This document shows positions 26,221-33,846 of a stretch of 51,499 bases of DNA, piece after piece. Position 1 is the stretch's first letter; the number at the start of each line of letters is the position of its first letter. Both the position numbers and the translations under genes were made by a program. This DNA comes from Verrucomicrobiia bacterium. Its GTDB lineage: Bacteria; Pseudomonadota; Alphaproteobacteria; Dongiales; Dongiaceae. The stretch covers positions 1 through 51,499 of the forward strand of contig DATKFM010000328.1 in assembly GCA_035544395.1 (NCBI GenBank), given 5' to 3'. The notes under the pieces are model-generated. The model saw only the letters and a list, made by a program, of their open reading frames with translations, was not told the DNA's origin and made no database searches.

Positions 26221-27171
26221 CTAAATGGTTGTTCGGCCGTTACTACTTGCAGCTTCGGCCGCGGATTGGACGCGTGCAGCGGGGTTATCGGCCGCTGACT
26301 GATCCGGCGTGCTGTCTGGGCTCTGGTTTTCGCCCTGCGCCACCGAGCGGTCATAGATGCGCTGCCCTGCTGCCTTCGCCGCCTCGTAGCCATCCACTCC
26401 CAGCTTTGAAGCGCGATCTCTGAGATCGTCGCTCGTATTGCCAAAGAGACGGTTTTCGACCGCCGTTGTTGGCAGCGATGCGGCGATGACCGCTCCGATC
26501 GCCAAACCGACGCCGCCGATGACCAATGGATGCCGCTCGAACGCTTCCAGTAGGTTGTCCCGAGTTGTGCGGCCGACCTGAGCGGCCTGGTTCACAGCAT
26601 GCGACGCGGCATCTGCGCCGCCTCGATACATCGAGGAGGCGGCATCGGAAACCGCCGCAGTCGCAGTGGACGCCATCCGGCCAGTAGCATGCGCCGTTTC
26701 GCTCACTGTATTGCTGACTTCGGCGGCAATTGCGGCGGCTTTACCCGAAACCGCCGATCCGACCTTCTCCAATGTGCTTCCGGAATCATCGGAGGACTGA
26801 TTTCTTGATGCGACAAATTCCGCACCGTTGCTCGAGCTTGACCGAAGGAGTGCCACCCCGGCCCCCAGCAGCAGAATAGGCGCTGGGATGTTACGAAGAA
26901 ATCGCCAGCCCACGTAGGCCAGCCCGGCGCCGACAGCAATCGCTTCTAGCGGCCGCTCGCTGGCTTTTCGCCCAATATTATGAAGTAAGTCGTGACTGGC
27001 ACGATCGACGTAGTGTTTCACCTCACTTTTGAGGCTTTCAGGCGACACCCGGCGCCGTAAATCGTCGGCAGTGTCAGAAACTCGGCTTCGCAACTGCTCG
27101 ACAGCTCCCGAAAATTCAGCTCGGGACCGTTCGGCATCGCGTTCAAGTTGGTCGAGGCTAGAAATGGACAT
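26221..27171 (-). CDS. DUF3618-like membrane protein, 1st gene of the stress operon
   Basis: Lies in ORF 26221..27234, ATG at 27171. N-terminus LDQLERDAERSRAEFSGAVEQLRSRV resembles DUF3618. Has TM segments. C-terminal block FERHPLVIGGVGLAIGAVIAASLPTTAVENRL. Confidence 0.7.
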   Translation of the reverse strand: MSISSLDQLERDAERSRAEFSGAVEQLRSRVSDTADDLRRRVSPESLKSEVKHYVDRASHDLLHNIGRKASERPLEAIAVGAGLAYVGWRFLRNIPAPILLLGAGVALLRSSSSNGAEFVASRNQSSDDSGSTLEKVGSAVSGKAAAIAAEVSNTVSETAHATGRMASTATAAVSDAASSMYRGGADAASHAVNQAAQVGRTTRDNLLEAFERHPLVIGGVGLAIGAVIAASLPTTAVENRLFGNTSDDLRDRASKLGVDGYEAAKAAGQRIYDRSVAQGENQSPDSTPDQSAADNPAARVQSAAEAASSNGRTTI

Positions 27172-27232
27172 CTCAATATTCCCTTCGCAGGACGCACAGT
27201 TAGCGGCCGCAATATAGGTGCTATAAAAAGGC

Positions 27233-27257
27233 AACTCCCCGTCCGCGGCATCGTTCC
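27233..27257 (-). promoter_or_regulatory. EcfG-type general-stress promoter candidate (GGAAC-N16-AGTT)
   Basis: Minus strand reads GGAAC (27257-27253), a 16-nt spacer, then AGTT (27236-27233). The motif ends about 60 nt upstream of ATG 27171. Confidence 0.45.
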
Positions 27258-27369
27258 GCGACGGGCCGTTTATTCGTGTAACAGCGAATTCCCGAAATCA
27301 GGCTAAGGATCGCCCATTCGACTATCGGCGCTTTGCCCTTCGCCAAACGCCGGCTTACTGCATTCGGAG

Positions 27370-27543
27370 CTATTTCAGATGCAGCCTCAGCGAGGGGCCA
27401 TCAGGCCTCCTCACATCAGCCACTTCGATCGGCGTAGCCTTTTCGCATTTGGAGCAACTCGCCAACTGGAAACCGGCCACATTGCTTACCAGCCTGTACG
27501 AAGCGTTTCCGCATCGGGCACATTCAAATTTCACGCAATTCAT
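27370..27543 (-). CDS. Zinc-ribbon miniprotein (CxxC-X18-CxxC), hypothetical
   Basis: Lies in ORF 27370..27570. GGAGA sits 6 nt before ATG 27543. Translation MNCVKFECARCGN...ASCSKCE. Starts 45 nt downstream of the hemerythrin stop. Confidence 0.45.
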   Translation of the reverse strand: MNCVKFECARCGNASYRLVSNVAGFQLASCSKCEKATPIEVADVRRPDGPSLRLHLK

Positions 27544-27588
27544 GGCCGGTCTCCGTTGGAGTAAAGTCATCGTACGAATTGGCGATGA

Positions 27589-28065
27589 CTAGCTGGCTTT
27601 CTGAAGTTCCATCTTACGGGTCTGGAGTAGTTCGCCTAGTTCATTGAGGTCCAGATCCGACTTCCTGACTTTGGGAAAGAGCTCGTCATGCTCTTCCTTG
27701 ACGTGGTGCTTCACGTACTCGCCGAGAACCTTTACCTCCGCGTCGAATTCTTCGGAACCAGGTTCGCCGCCTTCTATTTTAGCAATCAGCTCCTTGAGAG
27801 ATCCGTGTTCCACTGTGGCTTCGGCGAGGAGTTCATCGGCATCCTCGACATGCTCGCGACAAGCCGGGTAGAAAATCTCCTCTTCGATCTGGGCGTGGAC
27901 GGTCAGGGCGGAACAAATCTTCGTCGCCAGGTCGGACTTTTCGGCCTTGCGACCGCCAGTTTTCTCGTACTTGCTGAACATTGCCGACACTTCTTCGTGA
28001 TCAGCCTTCAACAGGCTGATGGCATCATGCCGCTGCTTGGCGGCCTTGGCTTGGGCTTGCGCCAT
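27589..28065 (-). CDS. Hemerythrin-domain protein
   Basis: Lies in ORF 27589..28245. GGAGA precedes ATG 28065. Motifs LLKADHEEV, HAQIEEEIFYP, EHGSLKELI and KHHVKEEHDELFP (His/Glu di-iron ligand pattern). Confidence 0.85.
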   Translation of the reverse strand: MAQAQAKAAKQRHDAISLLKADHEEVSAMFSKYEKTGGRKAEKSDLATKICSALTVHAQIEEEIFYPACREHVEDADELLAEATVEHGSLKELIAKIEGGEPGSEEFDAEVKVLGEYVKHHVKEEHDELFPKVRKSDLDLNELGELLQTRKMELQKAS

Positions 28066-28121
28066 TGCTTGATCTCCAATTTGCATAGGGGTGGGAAGCG
28101 AAATTTCGCTCCTAGAATTAC

Positions 28122-28146
28122 AATGAGCCCTACTCTCAGACGTTCC
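28122..28146 (-). promoter_or_regulatory. EcfG-like promoter candidate (GGAAC-N16-CATT), weaker -10
   Basis: Minus strand reads GGAAC (28146-28142), a 16-nt spacer, then CATT (28125-28122). The motif ends about 55 nt upstream of ATG 28065. Confidence 0.3.
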
Positions 28147-28320
28147 CACAGATGGAAAATTCTCACTTCGTCGCCATCCGCAGCTTAGGCGCAACCTTCG
28201 CTGCGGCGATTCGGTTGCGAAACGCGTGAGGAGAAACCGTCCCACCGGGACAGTTTCTCCCTAAAGCGTCGTATCCCTCGACTTGGGAGCTCGCCGCAGG
28301 CTTTCAGGCGGCATTTCCGC

Positions 28321-28821
28321 CTAGGACAGACGCCGGGCGTTGTTCATGACCACCTGATGCAGCGGCGCGACGATCCCGCCCCAGGTGCGCATACACAATT
28401 CGTTCAAGGCAATCGCGTGCGACATTGACCTGAAGAACCAAGCCGTTGCCAACTCGCCTTGTAGGGCGGCTACAGAAGCTGGGGTTCTGCACTTCGCCAA
28501 GGCTCCCATACCACGCGAGAATATGACTGCCTCTGTGCCCGAATGACGAACAATCCGCCGAGCAAGCTCTCCGGTTTGCCATGCAATTCCGAGCGCTGCG
28601 CTGTTTAAGGCGTTTATCTTCTCCGGGATAATGCGGCCGAGTTCCTGGTGATCGTTGAGTAGCGGATCCCTGAGCGCTGCAATGCCGAGCGCGGAGCGCC
28701 GTGCGACAACCTGACCGGCCGCGATCGCAAGGGCTGCGGATTTGATGCTTGTCTTAGCGGCCGTGGCAACGCTCCGGCGAATCCGGCGTGCGTCGCGGTT
28801 GGCGCGTTTCTTACTGATCAT
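28321..28821 (-). CDS. Hypothetical helical protein (166 aa)
   Basis: Lies in ORF 28321..28932, ATG at 28821 (MISKKRANRDARRIRR...). Basic N-terminus, Ala-rich helices, tail ...VVMNNARRLS. No family recognised with confidence. Confidence 0.55.
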   Translation of the reverse strand: MISKKRANRDARRIRRSVATAAKTSIKSAALAIAAGQVVARRSALGIAALRDPLLNDHQELGRIIPEKINALNSAALGIAWQTGELARRIVRHSGTEAVIFSRGMGALAKCRTPASVAALQGELATAWFFRSMSHAIALNELCMRTWGGIVAPLHQVVMNNARRLS

Positions 28822-29027
28822 TCGATTGTCCTTAGGTTTGGCGCGGTTTGTGTTCGGCGCGCGAGGGCGGGGATGTCTGTCCATTGGTAGATGGTGACTT
28901 GTCAGTGCCAATACCAGCCGCTCGGAGCCCATGCCACTCTATGGATCTGCCGAGGGCGGCCGCTTCCTTATCGCGCAAACCAGATTCGCTTGGCTTGGGT
29001 GGCCGGAGGCTCGAATCGACAACGCAA

Positions 29028-29052
29028 GGAACTACAACGACGTATCTGCGTT
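29028..29052 (+). promoter_or_regulatory. EcfG-type general-stress promoter (exact GGAAC-N16-CGTT)
   Basis: GGAAC 29028-29032, 16-nt spacer, CGTT 29049-29052. Lies upstream of the micro-ORFs and katE. Confidence 0.6.
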
Positions 29053-29077
29053 CCCTATTGGCAGCAGGAGCAACTGC

Positions 29078-29107
29078 ATGCAACCAGAGAAAGAGACATT
29101 CCGATGA
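29078..29107 (+). CDS. Candidate 9-codon upstream ORF (MQPEKETFR)
   Basis: AGGAG 29066-29070 sits 7 nt before ATG 29078. Stop TGA 29105-29107 overlaps the next ATG (ATGA). Confidence 0.25.
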   Translation: MQPEKETFR

Positions 29108-29178
29108 AGTACGGGCTTATGTGGTTACTGGGCGTGCCGATTCCAATTTTGATTATTCTCTATTTCATTTTCCACTGA
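29104..29178 (+). CDS. Candidate 24-aa hydrophobic peptide (MKYGLMWLLGVPIPILIILYFIFH)
   Basis: ATG 29104 is coupled by ATGA to the 9-codon ORF. One TM-length hydrophobic segment. Ends 26 nt before the katE ATG. AT-rich codons. Confidence 0.35.
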   Translation: MKYGLMWLLGVPIPILIILYFIFH

Positions 29179-29204
29179 TCAAGAAAACCAGCGGGGACGA
29201 GTTC

Positions 29205-31277
29205 ATGGCGAAGGCCAAGAAGCCATCGGGCGGCGAAACACATCAGATCGCCACCGATCAGGGTGAACTGCTAACGACCAATCAGGGCGTTACAATCGGC
29301 GACAATCAAAATTCGCTGCGCATTGGCGCTCGCGGGCCGACTCTACTCGAGGACTTCATTCTTCGGGAAAAGATCACCCACTTCGACCATGAGAGAATAC
29401 CGGAACGCATTGTCCACGCGCGTGGGTCGGGAGCACACGGCTACTTCCAGGCATCGAAATCCTGCGCGGCATTCACCAAGGCGGCGTTCCTGCAAAATCC
29501 GAAGGAGAAAACGCGCGTCTTTGCACGTTTTTCGACGGTTGCCGGCGGCGCGGGTTCAGTCGATACGGCGCGCGACGTCAGGGGATTCGCCGTCAAATTC
29601 TATACCCAGGAAGGCAATTTTGATCTCGTAGGCAACAACATCCCCGTGTTTTTCATCCAGGACGCGATGAAGTTTCCCGATTTGGTTCATTCAGTGAAGA
29701 TGGAGCCGGATCGGGCGTTCCCCCAGTCCGCTTCCGCGCACGATACGTTCTGGGACTTTGTGTCGCTCATGCCGGAAAGCATGCACATGCTGATGTGGGT
29801 CATGTCGGATCGGGCTATCCCGCGTTCGCTTCGCATGATCGAAGGATTCGGGGTGCACACCTTCCGGATGATAAACGCCGCCGGAAAATCTACTTTCGTC
29901 AAATTCCATTGGCGCCCGATGCTGGGAGCCGCGTCGCTCGTGTGGGACGAGGCCGTCAAGCTGGCTGGCGCTGATCCGGATTTCCACAGGCGCGACCTCT
30001 GGGAGGCGATAGCCAATGGTGATTATCCGGAGTTCAGGCTAGGTGTCCAGATATTCGACCAGAGAATGGCGGATTCCTTCGATTTCGATGTCCTCGATGC
30101 TACAAAGCTGATTCCAGAGGAGCGCGTGCCGATCGATTTCATCGGCAAGATGGTTCTTGACCGGAACCCGACAAATTTCTTTGCGGAGACCGAACAGGTC
30201 GCGTTTCATCCCGGCCATATCGTGCCGGGCATTGATTTCTCCAATGATCCCCTGCTGCAGGGCCGCCTTCATTCTTACCTGGATACGCAGCTTAGCCGGC
30301 TTGGAGGCCCCAACTTCCACGAGATCCCCATCAACCGTCCGGTTTGCCCGATGCGGAACTTTCAGCGGGACGGGCATATGCAGATGGAAGTGCCGAAAGG
30401 CCGCGTTGCCTACGAGCCGAACTCGCTTTCGCCGGATGGCCCCCGCGAGGACGCACAGCGCGGGTTCGAGAGTTTCCCGGCGGAGGAGGCGGGCAAGAAG
30501 TTGCGCGTCCGCGCCGAAAGTTTCGCGGACCACTACAGTCAGGCCCGCATGTTCTGGCGTTCGATGACCGAGCCTGAGCAATGCCACATCGTTGGAGCGT
30601 TCTCATTTGAGCTCGCCAAGGTCGAAGCGATCGCCATTCGTCAGCGCATGCTCGGACATTTGGAGCTTATCGACGCGCAGCTCGGCGCCCGCACGGCGCG
30701 CGCATTGCGGATGGAGGGCAAGGCGGAGCGGATAAGACCGGCAGTTGATCCGGTCGCTGCGCCGAAGCAATCGCCCGCCCTCAGCATCGTCGGTAAGGCA
30801 CCGGCCACCATTCGTGGCCGGAAGATCGGCGTCATGGTGACCGACGGCACGGATGCACAGGTCCTATCAGCCCTGCGAAAGGCCGCCAAAGCCGAAGGCG
30901 CCCGCATCGCGCTGGTCGCGCCCAAGATTGGCAAGATTACCGACAGCGCCGGCAAGGAAGTGGTGCCGGATTTCACAATCGCAGGCGGTCCGTCCCTGTT
31001 TTTTGATGCCGTTGTGATCGCTGCCTCTGAAGCGGGCGTGGCGGCCCTCCTCAAGGAAGCCGCTGCGATTGATTGGATTCGGGATGCTTTTGGGCACCTC
31101 AAGGCAATTGGACACCTTCCAGCAACTGCGCCCCTATTCAAGAAGGCGAACGTCGACATGTCTGCCGACGATGGGATGGTTTCGCTCGCAAGCGGCAACG
31201 CCGTGAAGGATTTTATCGCCGCCGCAAAACGGCACCGGCTTTGGGAGCGTGAGCCGAATGTGAGGCCGCCCGTCTGA
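29205..31277 (+). CDS. katE: Large-subunit monofunctional catalase (HPII type)
   Basis: Lies in ORF 28848..31277. GGGGA sits 7 nt before ATG 29205. Motifs FDHERIPERIVHARGSGAHGYF, VRFSTV-like FARFSTVAG and RLHSYLDTQ. C-terminal DJ-1/PfpI-like domain GRKIGVMVTDG. Confidence 0.95.
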   Translation: MAKAKKPSGGETHQIATDQGELLTTNQGVTIGDNQNSLRIGARGPTLLEDFILREKITHFDHERIPERIVHARGSGAHGYFQASKSCAAFTKAAFLQNPKEKTRVFARFSTVAGGAGSVDTARDVRGFAVKFYTQEGNFDLVGNNIPVFFIQDAMKFPDLVHSVKMEPDRAFPQSASAHDTFWDFVSLMPESMHMLMWVMSDRAIPRSLRMIEGFGVHTFRMINAAGKSTFVKFHWRPMLGAASLVWDEAVKLAGADPDFHRRDLWEAIANGDYPEFRLGVQIFDQRMADSFDFDVLDATKLIPEERVPIDFIGKMVLDRNPTNFFAETEQVAFHPGHIVPGIDFSNDPLLQGRLHSYLDTQLSRLGGPNFHEIPINRPVCPMRNFQRDGHMQMEVPKGRVAYEPNSLSPDGPREDAQRGFESFPAEEAGKKLRVRAESFADHYSQARMFWRSMTEPEQCHIVGAFSFELAKVEAIAIRQRMLGHLELIDAQLGARTARALRMEGKAERIRPAVDPVAAPKQSPALSIVGKAPATIRGRKIGVMVTDGTDAQVLSALRKAAKAEGARIALVAPKIGKITDSAGKEVVPDFTIAGGPSLFFDAVVIAASEAGVAALLKEAAAIDWIRDAFGHLKAIGHLPATAPLFKKANVDMSADDGMVSLASGNAVKDFIAAAKRHRLWEREPNVRPPV

Positions 31278-31543
31278 CCACGGCCACCATCAAGGCGATG
31301 CTTTCATCAGCGGCAGTCCAATAACTCTCTAGCGCGGACTTAGACCACCTCGAAGTCGGGAAGTCCCGCCGGCTGCCCCTGGCTAAAATGGGCGCTGGAA
31401 GTTTTACACCGCCACATCTTGAATCAGAGGACCGCATGCCCAAATCGGCTTCCCGGCAGACTTGCGCGCTCTGAACAGTATGAGCCGTGTAAGCTGCTGA
31501 TTCCGCTTGCACTCTCAACGCGCATAACTGCGAAATTGGGCGC

Positions 31544-32308
31544 CTAATTTTGGATCCGATGCGTGAAGCCGCCATCCACCACGATGTTTGCCCCAACGAT
31601 GAATCTCGCCGCCGGACTGGCAACGAAGGCAACAGCGTTGGCGATGTCTTCGGGCGTGGCCATTCGACCGAGCGGATTGCTCTTCATGGTCTCCGCGAAG
31701 ACATCCGGTTCGTCGACTTCGACCTTGTGCCAGAAGCCGCCCTTGAAATAAGTCGTGCCGGGGCTGACCACATTGGCGCGGATGCCCTTCTCCGCCAAGT
31801 GATTGGCCAGCGTCTTCATATAGTAGAGCAGTGCCGCCTTCATCGTGCCATAGGCCACGCTATCGATGCCGTAATCCTCGGAGCCGGAGATCGAGGCGAT
31901 GGCGACGATGGCCGCGGCCTTGGATTTCTCCAGTAGCGGCAGGGCGGCATTCACGCCATTGACCGTATGCAGCAAGTCGGTGTCGAAGGCCTGCTCGAAA
32001 GCCAACGGCGCCGAGCCGGAGGCCAGTGCGCTGGCATTGAGGACGATAATATCCAGCCCGCCCAGTTCGCTGCCGGCCTCGGCGATCCAGTTCTTCAGCT
32101 TCGTGCCGTCGGAGACGTCCAGCGCCCGGCCGGTGGCCTTGCGGCCTTTCTTCGCCAGCGCCGCCACGGCCGCTTCCACCTCGGCGGCGTTGCGGGCACA
32201 GATGGCCACGTCGCAGCCCTCGTCCACCAGCCGCTCGGCGATCGCACGGCCGATGCCCTTGGTCGCGCCCGTGATCAGCGCCTTCTTGCCTTTAAGACCT
32301 AATTCCAT
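31544..32308 (-). CDS. Short-chain dehydrogenase/reductase (SDR)
   Basis: Motifs TGATKGIGRAIA (TGxxxGxG), NASA, and the catalytic YGTMKAA (YxxxK). Confidence 0.9.
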   Translation of the reverse strand: MELGLKGKKALITGATKGIGRAIAERLVDEGCDVAICARNAAEVEAAVAALAKKGRKATGRALDVSDGTKLKNWIAEAGSELGGLDIIVLNASALASGSAPLAFEQAFDTDLLHTVNGVNAALPLLEKSKAAAIVAIASISGSEDYGIDSVAYGTMKAALLYYMKTLANHLAEKGIRANVVSPGTTYFKGGFWHKVEVDEPDVFAETMKSNPLGRMATPEDIANAVAFVASPAARFIVGANIVVDGGFTHRIQN

Positions 32309-32464
32309 GATGCACCCTGCCCACCGGAGATGGGCGGGAGATTAGCCCTCCGCCGCCCGCCTGACGAGGCGGCACATTGATACCGATCAATGACCAGTGG
32401 GCCGGCGGTCCGGGATAAGATTCTCGGAAATTGTCGGAAAACTGACGGGGGAGCGGTTCAGGTC

Positions 32465-33121
32465 ATGGCACGAATGATGGGGCCCAGGATCTGGGCGGCG
32501 TTGGCGCCAATCCTTGTCGGATATGCCCTATCGGCAATGGCCGCCCGTGCCGATGAACCCGCTTCAGGTGACGTGGCGGCCGGCGGCGCACTCGCCGAGC
32601 GGCTCTGTGCGCGCTGCCACGCCGTCGCCGGCCCGGGCCCCAGCCCGCTGGGCCAGGCGCCGCCCTTCAGCGGCTTCGAGCGGAAATGGCCGGTATATCA
32701 CTTGGCCGAGGCCATGGCGGAAGGGTTGGTGATCGGCCACGGCCCCATGCCGGAGTTCACGTTCACTCCGGAGGAAATCGACGACCTGCTCGCCTATCTC
32801 CATTCCGTTCAGCTCACCGAGAGTGGGGCGGTGGCCGACGGCCTCGCCCTAGCCACCGAGGATTGCGCCGCCTGCCACCGCGTCCAGGAGAGCCAGCCGC
32901 AACCGCCACCCGTGGCGATCAACGAGACGACCAGCCAGGAGAAGGTCCTGGCGCCGAGTTTCCGCGAGGTCGCCCGGCGTGACGGCCGCGACGCCACCTA
33001 TCTGCGCTCCTTCATCCGGGAACCGCACTATCCGATGCCGGAACAGCAATTCATCCCCGAAGAACTGAACGCCATCGTCGGCTACATCGTCTCGCTGAAG
33101 GACAGCGCGGGCGCCTGGTAG
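32465..33121 (+). CDS. Diheme c-type cytochrome, exported
   Basis: Lies in ORF 32390..33121. GGGGGAG precedes ATG 32465. Signal peptide ...AMAARA. Two heme sites, CARCH and CAACH. Confidence 0.8.
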   Translation: MARMMGPRIWAALAPILVGYALSAMAARADEPASGDVAAGGALAERLCARCHAVAGPGPSPLGQAPPFSGFERKWPVYHLAEAMAEGLVIGHGPMPEFTFTPEEIDDLLAYLHSVQLTESGAVADGLALATEDCAACHRVQESQPQPPPVAINETTSQEKVLAPSFREVARRDGRDATYLRSFIREPHYPMPEQQFIPEELNAIVGYIVSLKDSAGAW

Positions 33122-33159
33122 CTCAATTCTGCCATTCAATCACACATCAAGAGGAACGA

Positions 33160-33423
33160 ATGAACCATCGTCATCGCAAAGTCCTGCACGCCCTTTTCGA
33201 TCACCCGATCAGCAACAATATCGATTTCAAGGATGTCGAAAGCCTGCTGAAGGAGCTGGGCGCGGAGATCGACAATAAAGCCGGCAATCGCGTCGGCGTG
33301 AAGATCGGCAACCACGCCGCCACGTTCCATCACGCGCAGCACGACCTGCACAAGGATGAGGTGGTCAAGGTGAAGCACTTTCTCGTCGACTGCGGCGTCG
33401 ATCCCTCGCAGTACCCGGTCTAG
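33160..33423 (+). CDS. HicA-like small protein (orphan)
   Basis: 87 aa. The pattern RKVLHALFDHP..NIDFKDVESLLKELGAEI...GNRVGVKIGNHAATFHHAQ...VVKVKHFL matches the short HicA/YcfA-like layout. No HicB-like partner is adjacent. Confidence 0.5.
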   Translation: MNHRHRKVLHALFDHPISNNIDFKDVESLLKELGAEIDNKAGNRVGVKIGNHAATFHHAQHDLHKDEVVKVKHFLVDCGVDPSQYPV

Positions 33424-33426
33424 CGC

Positions 33427-33846
33427 CTAGTAACGCCGCCTGAACAGTCGCCGCTGCTCATATTGTTCAGCGGCCTCCTCGACAAACAGGGCGAGCCTTT
33501 CGGCGGCGAATTCGCGGCGCAGCCGTTCGGCGGCAGCCAGCAGCGCCGACTTGTCGGCCGCGCGGCCGGGCCGGAGGAGTTCGTAGATCTCGAGAACGAA
33601 ATCCTGTGGCACCGCAACAAGCTCGGCGGCGCGCTCGAAATTGTCGGCCAGGGGCGCCCGCCCCGCCGCTCGCGCCACCTGCGCCTGCAGCCGCAGCGCG
33701 TCCGCCGTGATCGAGAGATCATCGCGCGGCACCTGCCCTGCCAGGACTTTGTCGAGCGACAGCGCCGACAGCGGCCTGCCCGATCCAGTGGTGATCCGTT
33801 CCGGCTCATGCTCGGCGATGGGATAGCGCGGCGTACTGGCGCTCAT
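33427..33846 (-). CDS. B12-dependent diol/glycerol dehydratase small (gamma) subunit
   Basis: Motifs YPIAEH.PERITTGSGRPLSALSLDKVLAG, LRLQAQVA and ELVAVP...EIYELLRPGR parallel PduE/DhaB3. ATG overlaps the upstream stop (ATGA). Confidence 0.85.
   Translation of the reverse strand: MSASTPRYPIAEHEPERITTGSGRPLSALSLDKVLAGQVPRDDLSITADALRLQAQVARAAGRAPLADNFERAAELVAVPQDFVLEIYELLRPGRAADKSALLAAAERLRREFAAERLALFVEEAAEQYEQRRLFRRRY

Noticed and set aside
28848-29204. N-terminal 119-codon extension of the katE ORF
   Set aside because: The extension has no catalase similarity and spans the promoter motif. The conserved catalase N-terminus begins at ATG 29205, which has an SD.
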